Source: an uncultured Chlamydiae bacterium (lineage in GTDB: Bacteria; Chlamydiota; Chlamydiia; Chlamydiales; JAJFMA01). From it: 64,000 nt of DNA. The notes beneath the pieces are model-generated. The model made no database searches and had not been told where the DNA came from. It saw only the letters and a program-made list of their open reading frames with translations. The first letter of the stretch is position 1. The number at the start of each line of letters is the position of its first letter. The stretch is from assembly GCA_963713615.1 (NCBI GenBank), contig CAVQMM010000001.1, forward strand, positions 384,001 through 448,000. Reading direction: 5' to 3'. Positions 49,511-58,450 of this stretch are shown here, piece after piece. The position numbers were made by a program, and so were the translations under genes.

Positions 49511-50092
49511 ATGACCCTAACCATGGAGATACTAATGGATTTCAAAAGGAAGCGTTCTGAGTGGGCTCGACGCATAGACCAATGGATGGCGAGCGGTCAG
49601 AGTGGCCGCAGGTGGTGCCTAGAGAACAATATAAGCTACCAGCAGCTCTTGTACTGGTACCAACGCTTTAAAGTTAGCCCGCCCGACCACATTTCCTCGA
49701 CGGGTTGGATAGACATTACCCTGCCCGAGCTCAAGCTTTCGCTTGATCAGAAGAGCGTCTATCTAACCCTAAAGTCTGCGAGCAAAACTCTGAGGTCGTC
49801 ATATCAGAAAAACAAGGGTGTCTTTCTCTATCAAGAGCCGATCGATATGCGAAAGGGATTTGAGTGCTTGAGCAATCTTGTTGACAGTTCGTTCTCGGGC
49901 GAATTTACCTGCGGGGCCTACTTCGTTTTTTTAAATCGTCGTAGAAATCTAGTGAAGGTCTTTTACTGGGATGGTAATGGTCATGCCGTCTGGTACAAGC
50001 GACTTGAAAAAGGAAGTTTTCGCAATGGAAGCATTCCAGATTCCGCTATCGATCGTCGAGAATTTCTAATGTTGTTGGAGAGTAGTCATTGA
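49511..50092 (+). CDS. Fused IS66 accessory proteins TnpA-TnpB (Orf1+Orf2)
   Basis: N-half W...SGQS.R.WC...ISYQQLLYW; C-half PIDMRKGF...FVFLNRRR..VK..YWDGNG...YKRLEKGSF. Confidence 0.85.
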   Translation: MTLTMEILMDFKRKRSEWARRIDQWMASGQSGRRWCLENNISYQQLLYWYQRFKVSPPDHISSTGWIDITLPELKLSLDQKSVYLTLKSASKTLRSSYQKNKGVFLYQEPIDMRKGFECLSNLVDSSFSGEFTCGAYFVFLNRRRNLVKVFYWDGNGHAVWYKRLEKGSFRNGSIPDSAIDRREFLMLLESSH

Positions 50093-50174
50093 GCCTAAAA
50101 TCCTAAAAACAATGTGCATTTTATTAGATAAAATACTTGATAATAGAGGGGGTCTGTGATATGATTTAGAGCAT

Positions 50175-51719
50175 ATGGAAACCTCAACACTATCACTAGA
50201 ACAGCTTCAATCGGAAATTTATTCCCTGCGAAATGAGAATAGCTTTCTCAAGGAGCAGCTTGAATGGTTTAGGCGTCAGATTTTTGGGAAACGTTCGGAA
50301 AAAGTAGTCGACGATGGCGGTCAACAACTCTACCTGGAAGGTTTCGAAAATCTTGGTTCCGAAGAGCAAAAAGAGACAATAAATGTGCCTGCTCATCGAC
50401 GGGTTAAGCAGGGGCGCAATGGCAAAGATAAAATTACGCTTCCAGACAATATTCCCGTTCAACGCTGTATTTTAGATTTGCCAGAGGATCAAAAAGTTTG
50501 CCCTACAACGGGTGAAGCCCTCGTCAAAATTGGCGAAGAAGTCACTCACAAAATAGCGCATACGCCAGGTAGCTACTACGTCAAGGAGCTAGTACGTCCC
50601 AAGTATGCATGTAGAGCACATAGTGAAGAGGGCGTTTTTATCGCAGATTTACCAGATAGCATTTTTCCTCGCTGTCAAGCCGATGAGAGTCTTTTAGCCA
50701 GTGTGATCGTGAAAAAATTCGCCGATCACCTTCCTTTATTTCGTCAATCGGAAATCTTAGCTCGCGAGGGCATTCTCATCAGCCGACAAATACTTTGCAA
50801 GTGGGTAATGCGCTGTGGATATGCCTTAAAGGCGCTATATGAAGAAATGATTGCTCGCGTGCTCAGCAGCAACAATGTTTTTGTGGACGAATCTCCTGTG
50901 GACATGCTTGTCCCTGGTAAGGGAAAGGTGCACCAGGCTTTTATGTGGGTGATCGTTGGAGGGCAGGAAAAAAATCCGCCTTATCGAGTCTATCATTTTC
51001 GCACGGACCGCTGCCACAAGCATGCTGTGGAAATACTAGCTGGATATAAAGGTGTTGTCCATTCGGATAAATATGGAGCCTATGAAGCACTGGCTAATAA
51101 GAAGCAATTCACTTGGTGTCCATGCTGGAGTCACATTCGGCGCAAGTTTTTCGACGCTGTAGGTGGCGATAAAAAATTTGTTAGCTGGGTACTGCGCAAG
51201 ATAAAATATCTATTTATGTTAGAGAGAGTTGCTTGGGAACGTTCTCCAGAGGAACGTCTGCGGATAAGACAAGAGAAAGAAGCTCCAATAATAGATGAGC
51301 TGACTGCACGCATCAAGGACCGGCTGGTTAATGGCAAGGCTCTTCCCAAATCGAATCTAAGGGAGGCTCTAGGCTATTATTGCAGCTTAATTCCCCATCT
51401 GAAAAACTACACCCAACATGCATTTGCGCGTCTCGACAACAATGTAGCGGAGCGAGCGATACGCCCTCTAGCTATTGGCCGCAAGAACTGGATGTTTATT
51501 GGAAGCGAGGAGGGTGGGGAAGCTTCCGCCGTACTGCTAAGCCTGGTACAGACCTGCCGCGCGATAGGAGTCAACCCCCACGAATACCTAGAGGATGTGA
51601 TGAGGCGCCTGCCAGCCCATAATTCTCAAAAACTTCACGAGCTTCTGCCCGACGCTTGGGCTGCCGCCAGGCGACAAGCAAAGGCCTCATCCACCTCATC
51701 AGCCCCCACTGCCGAATAA
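50175..51719 (+). CDS. tnpC: IS66 transposase TnpC
   Basis: FGKRSEK, KFADHLPLFRQ, VDESP, CWSHIRRKF and LDNNVAERAIRPLAIGRKNWMF. Confidence 0.97.
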   Translation: METSTLSLEQLQSEIYSLRNENSFLKEQLEWFRRQIFGKRSEKVVDDGGQQLYLEGFENLGSEEQKETINVPAHRRVKQGRNGKDKITLPDNIPVQRCILDLPEDQKVCPTTGEALVKIGEEVTHKIAHTPGSYYVKELVRPKYACRAHSEEGVFIADLPDSIFPRCQADESLLASVIVKKFADHLPLFRQSEILAREGILISRQILCKWVMRCGYALKALYEEMIARVLSSNNVFVDESPVDMLVPGKGKVHQAFMWVIVGGQEKNPPYRVYHFRTDRCHKHAVEILAGYKGVVHSDKYGAYEALANKKQFTWCPCWSHIRRKFFDAVGGDKKFVSWVLRKIKYLFMLERVAWERSPEERLRIRQEKEAPIIDELTARIKDRLVNGKALPKSNLREALGYYCSLIPHLKNYTQHAFARLDNNVAERAIRPLAIGRKNWMFIGSEEGGEASAVLLSLVQTCRAIGVNPHEYLEDVMRRLPAHNSQKLHELLPDAWAAARRQAKASSTSSAPTAE

Positions 51720-51986
51720 ATCGCCAGATGGCCTCAATTGACGCTTACGTCGCAAGCGACCGCACTCCAAAGCGCTGCGCGCCGAGATACGATTGTTAGG
51801 CTTAGGTTGAGGCCTATGTGGCGATGCCCTGGCCTGTTGCAATATCGACCCTTCGGGCCTGGGAAGTGATAAAAGCCTGTGTCCACTCCAGATAGTGCCA
51901 TACTGCCTGAGCTTTCTAGAATCGCCTACTAGCCAAAAAAGATAACCTTTTTTCCCAAGGATCGATTCTCAAGGGCTCAAATAATT

Positions 51987-52146
51987 GGCCTTGTTCGACT
52001 TTTCGCGCAGTTTTCGGTCGGCTGCGAGGCGCCCATCTGCAGCATTCGCCTCCTCGGCAATAGCTAGCGCTATTCCCTCGTCGTCGACTGCTGCATCTGG
52101 GACCTCTCGCCTGACCGAAATTCTGCCCGGAAAGCCGAACAAGGCC
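51987..52146. mobile_element. 160-bp palindromic MITE, copy 4 (diverged subfamily)
   Basis: GGCCTTGTTC...GAACAAGGCC with TSD AAATAATT. The empty site is visible at about 31263-31270. Confidence 0.9.
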
Positions 52147-52223
52147 AAATAATTTTGCAATTACCTCATATGGACGAAGCCAAACGGGCCAGGGGTAAAT
52201 CCCCTGAGCCCGCTTGCTAAGAG

Positions 52224-54935
52224 TTACGGGACAAACCACTGGCCAAAGCAAACGCGTGGATCACGAGGTTGTCTTTTGACTAGCCAGTCTGGCGCCGTCC
52301 ATCCTTCGTTAAGTAAGTAGCCGTAGGAGAACGCTGCTCCGGACATTGTTTCCCAGATGGTAAATTCATTCATAGGCACAGCGACCATGTTATCAGGCTG
52401 CCAGTTACGCAATCTAGGCAGCACCACCGCTCCATTGGTATACAGGGAAGGTTTTAGCATTTGTATGGGTTTGCCTGTGGGATCCTTGGGAAGCCATAGA
52501 GTATTGAAGTCCGAGAGACTCCCTTCACTCGGGCCATAGATGGCGATACCGGGAACGGGGTCAAAGATTCCGTCGTCGGTGCTGACGGCATGGTGAATAG
52601 GAATAGGGTAGACAAAACCGATTCCCGTTGTCCAAGATGTGCCGGTGGCGTTGCCACCAAGCATGTAGTCGATGTTGAGCACCGCAGCTTGTATATACTT
52701 TGAGTCTTGGGTGAGATAGTGAGCATACAACAGCACTTTGGCGACGTTTGTCATGCAGTCACCACCCCAGGCCATTTGGGTGGCTTGGGCGGCTGTACGA
52801 CTGCGACGATAGAACTCAGTGGCATTCATATTCGCATAAGTATTTGCCAGCGAGATGAAGAAGTTTTTCCACGTCGTGATGACTGAGGCAGGAAGTGCTG
52901 CGGCCATTCCCGGTTGCATCAGGCCGGCATAAAGCCATAGGCCGCAATCGGCTGGGACAAAGGGCCACTGCGTGGGCATAAGCTTCACTTGTGCACTATT
53001 ATAGAGAAAAGGTGTTTGGACATCTGTCAACAGCTGTTGGAGTCCTGTCAGGTAGGCTTGATCTTGCGTTAGTAGAAAGAGTCTTATCTGAGCCGCAATT
53101 TGAAACGGCTTATTAAAGTTATCCGATTCAGTAAAACTGAAGCTGTATGGAGTGCCTGTGCCTCGATTGGTGGCGGCTGGAACAGTGATTGTTCCCAAAC
53201 TGTTTTTGGGATCATTACCGAAGGTATATGCCTGGATGGCATACGCCTGGTATTGTGTCGCTTTGTCAGCATTGAACGGCTTCACTAATTGCGCAAATTG
53301 GGCGCATGCGGCGGCATACAGCAGCGAGGTCCAGCGGGTGCGCAGTGAGTAGGCATAGGGGTAGGCTGGATCATTCAAGGCAGGGTGATTGTTTGTCATC
53401 ACGAAACCGGCGACACCACCTTGCTCTGTCATGCTTGCCGTCCAAATCTTTATCCCATATTCGGCTTCATCGAGTATGTCAGGGATACCATTGCCAGATT
53501 CAGGAATATTTAACTGCTTATCGGCGAACACCGTGGGTTTGAGTTCGTAGAGATTCAGAAGGTCAAAAATGCACGCATAGTGCCTTAGACTTCTTTCCCA
53601 GTCGCCAGCATCGTGCCAGCCTCCAAGAGCATTGGGTGTGCTTTTGCTCTTGTCCATCGTAGCGCCGACGATGTCCATAATGGCCCATTTGGCAGGGTCT
53701 TGAAGAGGTTCGAAAAAGATGGGCACATATTGGGTTTCATAGAGTGGAGTCGTATGGCAGATAACCCTATGCCATGGGCTATAGGGTTCGCCAATGGCGA
53801 TGCCACATCGTTGATGGAATAGGCCACGAACCTGAGTGTAGAAGGCTTCCGCATGGACATTGGGATCAATAGTAAAGGGCCAGGAACGTCCGACACCATC
53901 CACGCTTATGAAGTAGTTTCCCGGTGCGGTCAGGGAACTAAAGTCCATCTCATAGATATTCTCACCACAAACAGCTACTCCTGCTGATGGGTTGAACTGG
54001 GGATTTGCAGCTCGCAGTGTGACGGAGCCTGTCAGGACAGACTGCCCTGACGCAACGTCGACTACGCTGAAATTGGTACTATCTGGAATCGTCATGGGTC
54101 CAAGATCTTGAAGGTATGCTCCCACATAGGCGTACTTACTGACGTTAGGGAGGTAGCCGACTTGATTGACTTTGATAGCTCGGGAAACCAGCGACAGCTC
54201 GTCATAGATAAAGGTAACGCTCTGGCCATTTTGCAAAGTGATTGTATAGGTATTACCATCGACCATCGGACTGGGAAGCTGCAAGTAGGAGTATTGCGCG
54301 TAGTTGGGAACTATGCCTGCATAAACCTCGACACCCTGTGCAGCGACAAAACGCGCTACCGCAGCGGGCGGAAGAGGATCTTTGTATTTTTTGTCGTCAC
54401 TACTGGTGACGGTAAAGTAGGATGGGTTGTCTAAGTCTAGCTCTCCAGCATTAATACGCGCCTGCCCTAAGTACTTGGCCACTTGTGCTGTGACCTGATT
54501 TTTGTAGTTGTAATAATCAGGTTTTCCGGCTGCCACGCTAGCAAGCCAATGCTGTTGTGCCGCTATAAAATCGATGGTAGACCAGGCGGGATCAGCTGTC
54601 ACCAACTTGGCAATTTCCTGGCAAACCTGGGGAAGATTGTCGGAGACGACGATTACCCATGTGTTGGAGAGAGGCAGAAGCTGCACCACACCATTGTATG
54701 AAGGCATTTGAACCGGTAATGTTCCCTGCTTGGTTTGGGGTAAGCCATCCAAACCTTGCGCAGGGGTGAACGTATTGGCATCTGCCGCTTGCGCAATGAT
54801 ACTCGAAGACTGTGCAGGGGACTCGAGCTTTGCCGTCTTGGAGGGGTGATGATCAGCCTCTGTGCAGCTAGACATGCACATGAGTGCGCTTCCAGATAGT
54901 AATGGTCCTAGAAATATTGAAAACAGCTTTAGCAT
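52224..54935 (-). CDS. Glycoside hydrolase family 9 (Ig-like domain + catalytic barrel), exported
   Basis: KVNQVGYLP, QRCG, GGWHDAGD, NGIPDILDEA, DYMLGGN..G.SW.TG.G and NEFTI. Confidence 0.9.
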   Translation of the reverse strand: MLKLFSIFLGPLLSGSALMCMSSCTEADHHPSKTAKLESPAQSSSIIAQAADANTFTPAQGLDGLPQTKQGTLPVQMPSYNGVVQLLPLSNTWVIVVSDNLPQVCQEIAKLVTADPAWSTIDFIAAQQHWLASVAAGKPDYYNYKNQVTAQVAKYLGQARINAGELDLDNPSYFTVTSSDDKKYKDPLPPAAVARFVAAQGVEVYAGIVPNYAQYSYLQLPSPMVDGNTYTITLQNGQSVTFIYDELSLVSRAIKVNQVGYLPNVSKYAYVGAYLQDLGPMTIPDSTNFSVVDVASGQSVLTGSVTLRAANPQFNPSAGVAVCGENIYEMDFSSLTAPGNYFISVDGVGRSWPFTIDPNVHAEAFYTQVRGLFHQRCGIAIGEPYSPWHRVICHTTPLYETQYVPIFFEPLQDPAKWAIMDIVGATMDKSKSTPNALGGWHDAGDWERSLRHYACIFDLLNLYELKPTVFADKQLNIPESGNGIPDILDEAEYGIKIWTASMTEQGGVAGFVMTNNHPALNDPAYPYAYSLRTRWTSLLYAAACAQFAQLVKPFNADKATQYQAYAIQAYTFGNDPKNSLGTITVPAATNRGTGTPYSFSFTESDNFNKPFQIAAQIRLFLLTQDQAYLTGLQQLLTDVQTPFLYNSAQVKLMPTQWPFVPADCGLWLYAGLMQPGMAAALPASVITTWKNFFISLANTYANMNATEFYRRSRTAAQATQMAWGGDCMTNVAKVLLYAHYLTQDSKYIQAAVLNIDYMLGGNATGTSWTTGIGFVYPIPIHHAVSTDDGIFDPVPGIAIYGPSEGSLSDFNTLWLPKDPTGKPIQMLKPSLYTNGAVVLPRLRNWQPDNMVAVPMNEFTIWETMSGAAFSYGYLLNEGWTAPDWLVKRQPRDPRVCFGQWFVP

Positions 54936-55086
54936 CCCTGGCCTCCATGACGAGTCATTTTTTCAGGCGAGGGGACCGTTCCCCTCGATCCTCAAATGCG
55001 GATCATAGGGACGAGCCGTCTAATTTTCAAATTGTTCCTATCAAGACAGTCATTAATCACTGCCCAACACAAGGGTTCAAGACCTC

Positions 55087-55437
55087 TTAGCTAAGTTTTT
55101 TGTGATAAATCTGGCATGATTTAAGGAATTCTAGAGCCTCATCAGTTGTTGGACGTTCGTCTGGATCGTATTGCAAACAATCGGAAATAAGACACCGGAG
55201 GTCGATCTGAACCTTTGATATGTGCGACCCCTCATCGGCTAACCGAGAAGAGCTTCGTACCGACCATCTGCTGCCGTTAGTTTCTAGGGGTCGTTCTCGA
55301 TTGACTGCAAAGTGGTTCCTGTAAATATTGAAAGCAGGCCTGAATTGGAGATTCATGGCCGAGCGTAATAGTTTTTGCCGCTTCGCGTGTGGTTCTCCGC
55401 CGATAGGCCTAGGCATGTGTTGGTGTACTGGAATCAA
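55087..55437 (-). CDS. Small ORF repeating a kinase C-lobe end; possibly a frameshifted tail of the upstream kinase
   Basis: CLQYDPDERPTTDEALEF resembles CFKYDPNARPTASQVVNF. Overlaps the kinase stop. Confidence 0.5.
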   Translation of the reverse strand: MIPVHQHMPRPIGGEPHAKRQKLLRSAMNLQFRPAFNIYRNHFAVNRERPLETNGSRWSVRSSSRLADEGSHISKVQIDLRCLISDCLQYDPDERPTTDEALEFLKSCQIYHKKLS

Positions 55438-56878
55438 AAGGCTGACTCAGGAAGTTTACAACTTGACTGGCTGTAGGCCGTGCGTTTGGGTCGTATTTAA
55501 AACAGCACAACATGACTTGCTTTAAACGCTCTTGGAGAGATTCCACATGGGTTCCCTCGCTTTCTAAGCGAAAATCACATTGAAGCGACCAGCTGCTGGA
55601 AGGGTGAGTTATTGGATACAACAGTGAAGTTTTAAGCGAATTCATTGCATCTTTAATTGATTTTTTTACCTGATAAGAGGTCCTTTTCTTGTAAAAAAAC
55701 TCCCGGCGTTTAGGTCCTGGAATGGTAGAGAGGAATCTTTTATCAGGCTTTCCGAGTTGAACAAACATACAGGCAAGCCTGGCAGTCGGCGTATGACCAA
55801 ATAGACATGGCGTACCGATATAGAGACGATAGATCATCGCCCCCATTGCCCAGATATCTGAGCTTTTGGTTTGTGGAAGGTCGAAAAGGTCTTCCGAAAA
55901 GCTGTTCTCTCGGTTGGTTTCATTAACCCTAAGGCTGTTTGCAAAGTCGCAGAGTTTTACCTTCCCATAGTTCGACTGGCTAAATAAGGCATGATCTGGA
56001 TTTAGACTTCCATGAATCAGTCCAATTTGATGAAGATGACGCAAGCCATCGAATAGTTGTGCGACAATATGATAAACCTCCTGGGTTGTGTAGGACTGAT
56101 TGTTCCTTATACGTTGGGAAAGGTTGCAGGCGCCAAGTTCCAGAACAAGGCAATAGAAGGGTGGGTTGAGAGCCAATGGTTCGCCTTCCGCGAGTAGTTG
56201 TATCTCTTTCTCGTTAGCGGGATTCCAATGCAAGTCACCAAGCTTGTGGATGACAAACTCTCCGCATTGAACATGATTTTCAATGACTTGCAAGTAGTGA
56301 AGCTCACTCCAATAAAGATAAGACTCCCTAACGAAAATCTTTATGGCCACACCTTTTCCCGTGGTTGTATCAAGACCTACATACACCTTTGCTTTGCTGT
56401 CGTCATTGCTTAGCTTGAGATGCGGAAACAAGAGATATTGATCATTCATTTGTATGGATGGCGGTTGCAATAATTCATCATAGATTTTGCAATCGGAAAT
56501 CAGTTCACGAACAAGAGGGCTAATGGATGAGGAGGAATGGGAACTGATGGGGGCGAGAGCGTTTGGTTGCGTCGTGTTTAGTAAAATCAAAGGAGGCTGC
56601 GCATTTTCTCTGAACTGGGGAGGGCATTGCATATAGGGAGGTGGAAACATTGTGGGAGGAGTAATAACTGAGTTGAATAGGTGGCTTGAGGGGTAGGGTT
56701 CAGGTAGTCCTTGAATATTCATCGCCGTACCCATGATGCTCTGCTGTCTAAATGGTGGTTCGTCACTAAGGGGACTAGGAAAAGAGGTCTGGGAATTTAT
56801 AACAGGTTGAGTCGTTGGTTGGTTGGAAATGTATGGCGGTTGTATGGCTGAATGAGAATAATAGGGATGGGAATACAT
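55409..56878 (-). CDS. Eukaryote-like Ser/Thr protein kinase (probable pseudokinase) with a Pro-rich N-terminus
   Basis: VAIK, IHGSLNPDH (HRD position), VKLCDFA, SDIWAMG and YDP..RPT. Confidence 0.85.
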   Translation of the reverse strand: MYSHPYYSHSAIQPPYISNQPTTQPVINSQTSFPSPLSDEPPFRQQSIMGTAMNIQGLPEPYPSSHLFNSVITPPTMFPPPYMQCPPQFRENAQPPLILLNTTQPNALAPISSHSSSSISPLVRELISDCKIYDELLQPPSIQMNDQYLLFPHLKLSNDDSKAKVYVGLDTTTGKGVAIKIFVRESYLYWSELHYLQVIENHVQCGEFVIHKLGDLHWNPANEKEIQLLAEGEPLALNPPFYCLVLELGACNLSQRIRNNQSYTTQEVYHIVAQLFDGLRHLHQIGLIHGSLNPDHALFSQSNYGKVKLCDFANSLRVNETNRENSFSEDLFDLPQTKSSDIWAMGAMIYRLYIGTPCLFGHTPTARLACMFVQLGKPDKRFLSTIPGPKRREFFYKKRTSYQVKKSIKDAMNSLKTSLLYPITHPSSSWSLQCDFRLESEGTHVESLQERLKQVMLCCFKYDPNARPTASQVVNFLSQPFDSSTPTHA

Positions 56879-56997
56879 ATTCTTTCTGGCTTGGGTTTAA
56901 ATGCCAGAAAAGGTAACATAGCTTATTAATTACTATCAATAAAAGATGTGTCCAACTGCATTTCCAAGTAACTCAAAAGGTTGGCTAGACGCAATTA

Positions 56998-57134
56998 CCT
57001 AGGTGGGGCAGTCATTCCATGACTGCGGACCAATCCGTTGCAATTGTGGAGACGTGTAAAACAAACGTCCCATGTGATGCAAACGGAAGCTGTTTCAACC
57101 GTTCTCGCAGTCATGGAAGACTGCGCCACATAGG
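56998..57134. repeat. REP-doublet-like inverted repeat
   Basis: CCTAGGTGGGGCAGTCATTCCATGACTGCG ... CGCAGTCATGGAAGACTGCGCCACATAGG. Each arm is itself a hairpin. Confidence 0.75.
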
Positions 57135-57227
57135 AAACCTTGTTACTTTCGGATATTGGCGACGCAGTCGGCTGGGGCTCCAGAGCGCTTCACGCGTGTT
57201 ATTCGATGGTGTCTGTGTCAGCTTCCA

Positions 57228-58448
57228 CTAACTTAGCTCACGCATTCGGTTAGCACGCTGTTGATCTTGCTGGTGTTGTATGTCTGGCAAGCCGCTAGGG
57301 GGGAAAGGTCTCCTTTCCGCAAATGCGTTGCTTACCGCATGGCCGGCATGTGTATTTTGGATTTTTCTAGATGACCTGGAAAAGAAGTTACTTATAGCTC
57401 TTCCGGCTGCCTTGAATGGTCTGACGAAGAAACTCGCCGTTTTTGCAAGAGTTGATTTCTGTTTGACTTTTGCATCAGACTCTATGGTTGTGTCAAGAGA
57501 GCTAGATGCCTTTACGTCAGCAGCAGGAGAGCCAACCTTTACGTCAGCAGCAGGAGAGCCAATAAGGGCAACGTCCCTTCGCCAAGCAGCTTCAGCGGAT
57601 TGTTGTACAACTGGAGCTTGCTCGACAACGTTCCCTCGAGGGGGCTCTGGAGCTGCTTTCTCCGATTTACCTGCATTAGCCTCGGACATCACCTTTTTTG
57701 CCCAGGCCAGATCTTTCTCATGGGAAATCTTAATGTCTGCTTTAATGAATTCTTCATGCAAATCGGAAGAGTGTATTCCTGGTTTGAGATCTTTTTCTTG
57801 AGGCACCTTAACGCCTTTAGCCATCTTCACAAGGTCCTCAGGTGGGCTTGCATCTTTATCAGCCGCTTCTAATAGTTCAGCTTTTTCTCTCTCTAGCTTA
57901 GGGTCTGCCATTGCCTTTTTTGCCCAAGCCCGGTCTTTTTCAGTGATGGCAGCTGGAGAATTACTGAGGATGGCATTAATCGCTTTTTCGTCTTTAGCTG
58001 CCTTTTCCGACATAATCTTGTCTGCCCAGGCCCGGTCTTTTTCAGTGATGGCAGCTGGAGATTTACTGAGGACTGTATTAACCATCTTTTCATCGAGGCT
58101 TAAAGAAGTATCCTCGCCCGGCTTCATTTCATGTTCCTTTGGCACCTCGACACCTTTGGCCATCTTCGCAAGGTCCTTTGGTGGGCTTGCGGTTTTGTCT
58201 GCAGCCTCTAAGAGCTCTTCTTTTGCCGCTTCTAGCTTTTGGGCAGCTCTTGCTGCCTTCTTTTCCACGCGAGTATGCGCCTGATTAACTACAGGAGGTC
58301 CTCGACCTAGTCCTTTAAGCTCAGCGTTGCTGCTGATGAAATTGCTTAAAACCTTCGCACTAGGGATTTCGACTTTTTTATTCGCTTTGGTTGTCTCGCC
58401 GACGCCTGAAATTTCATGCAGATGGCTAGCTCCAGAGGTGGCATCCAT
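57228..58448 (-). CDS. Internally repetitive A/K/E-rich protein, candidate T3SS substrate
   Basis: AGGAG RBS before ATG 58448, just after the chaperone stop. Contains duplicated ELLEAADK.ASPP.DL.KMAKGV.VP, SPAAITEKDRAWA and GSPAADVK. Confidence 0.7.
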   Translation of the reverse strand: MDATSGASHLHEISGVGETTKANKKVEIPSAKVLSNFISSNAELKGLGRGPPVVNQAHTRVEKKAARAAQKLEAAKEELLEAADKTASPPKDLAKMAKGVEVPKEHEMKPGEDTSLSLDEKMVNTVLSKSPAAITEKDRAWADKIMSEKAAKDEKAINAILSNSPAAITEKDRAWAKKAMADPKLEREKAELLEAADKDASPPEDLVKMAKGVKVPQEKDLKPGIHSSDLHEEFIKADIKISHEKDLAWAKKVMSEANAGKSEKAAPEPPRGNVVEQAPVVQQSAEAAWRRDVALIGSPAADVKVGSPAADVKASSSLDTTIESDAKVKQKSTLAKTASFFVRPFKAAGRAISNFFSRSSRKIQNTHAGHAVSNAFAERRPFPPSGLPDIQHQQDQQRANRMRELS

Positions 58449-58450
58449 AA

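Larger units (their letters stand above)
49454..51748 (+). mobile_element. IS66-family insertion sequence
   Basis: TIR GTAAGCGTCAATTGA(A/G)GCCA; 8-bp TSD GTCGCAAG. Confidence 0.95.
49207..51818. mobile_element. IS4-like MITE (about 309 bp without the nested IS66)
   Basis: 17-bp perfect TIR CATAGGCCTCAACCTAA. 11-bp TSD TGGCGATGCCC at 49196-49206 and 51819-51829. Confidence 0.8.
48880..52175. repeat. Large family C palindrome (arms about 48880-49069 / 51819-52175) hosting nested insertions
   Basis: The arms are imperfect reverse complements (GTCCATATGAGGTAATT... / ...AATTACCTCATATGGAC). Confidence 0.85.
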
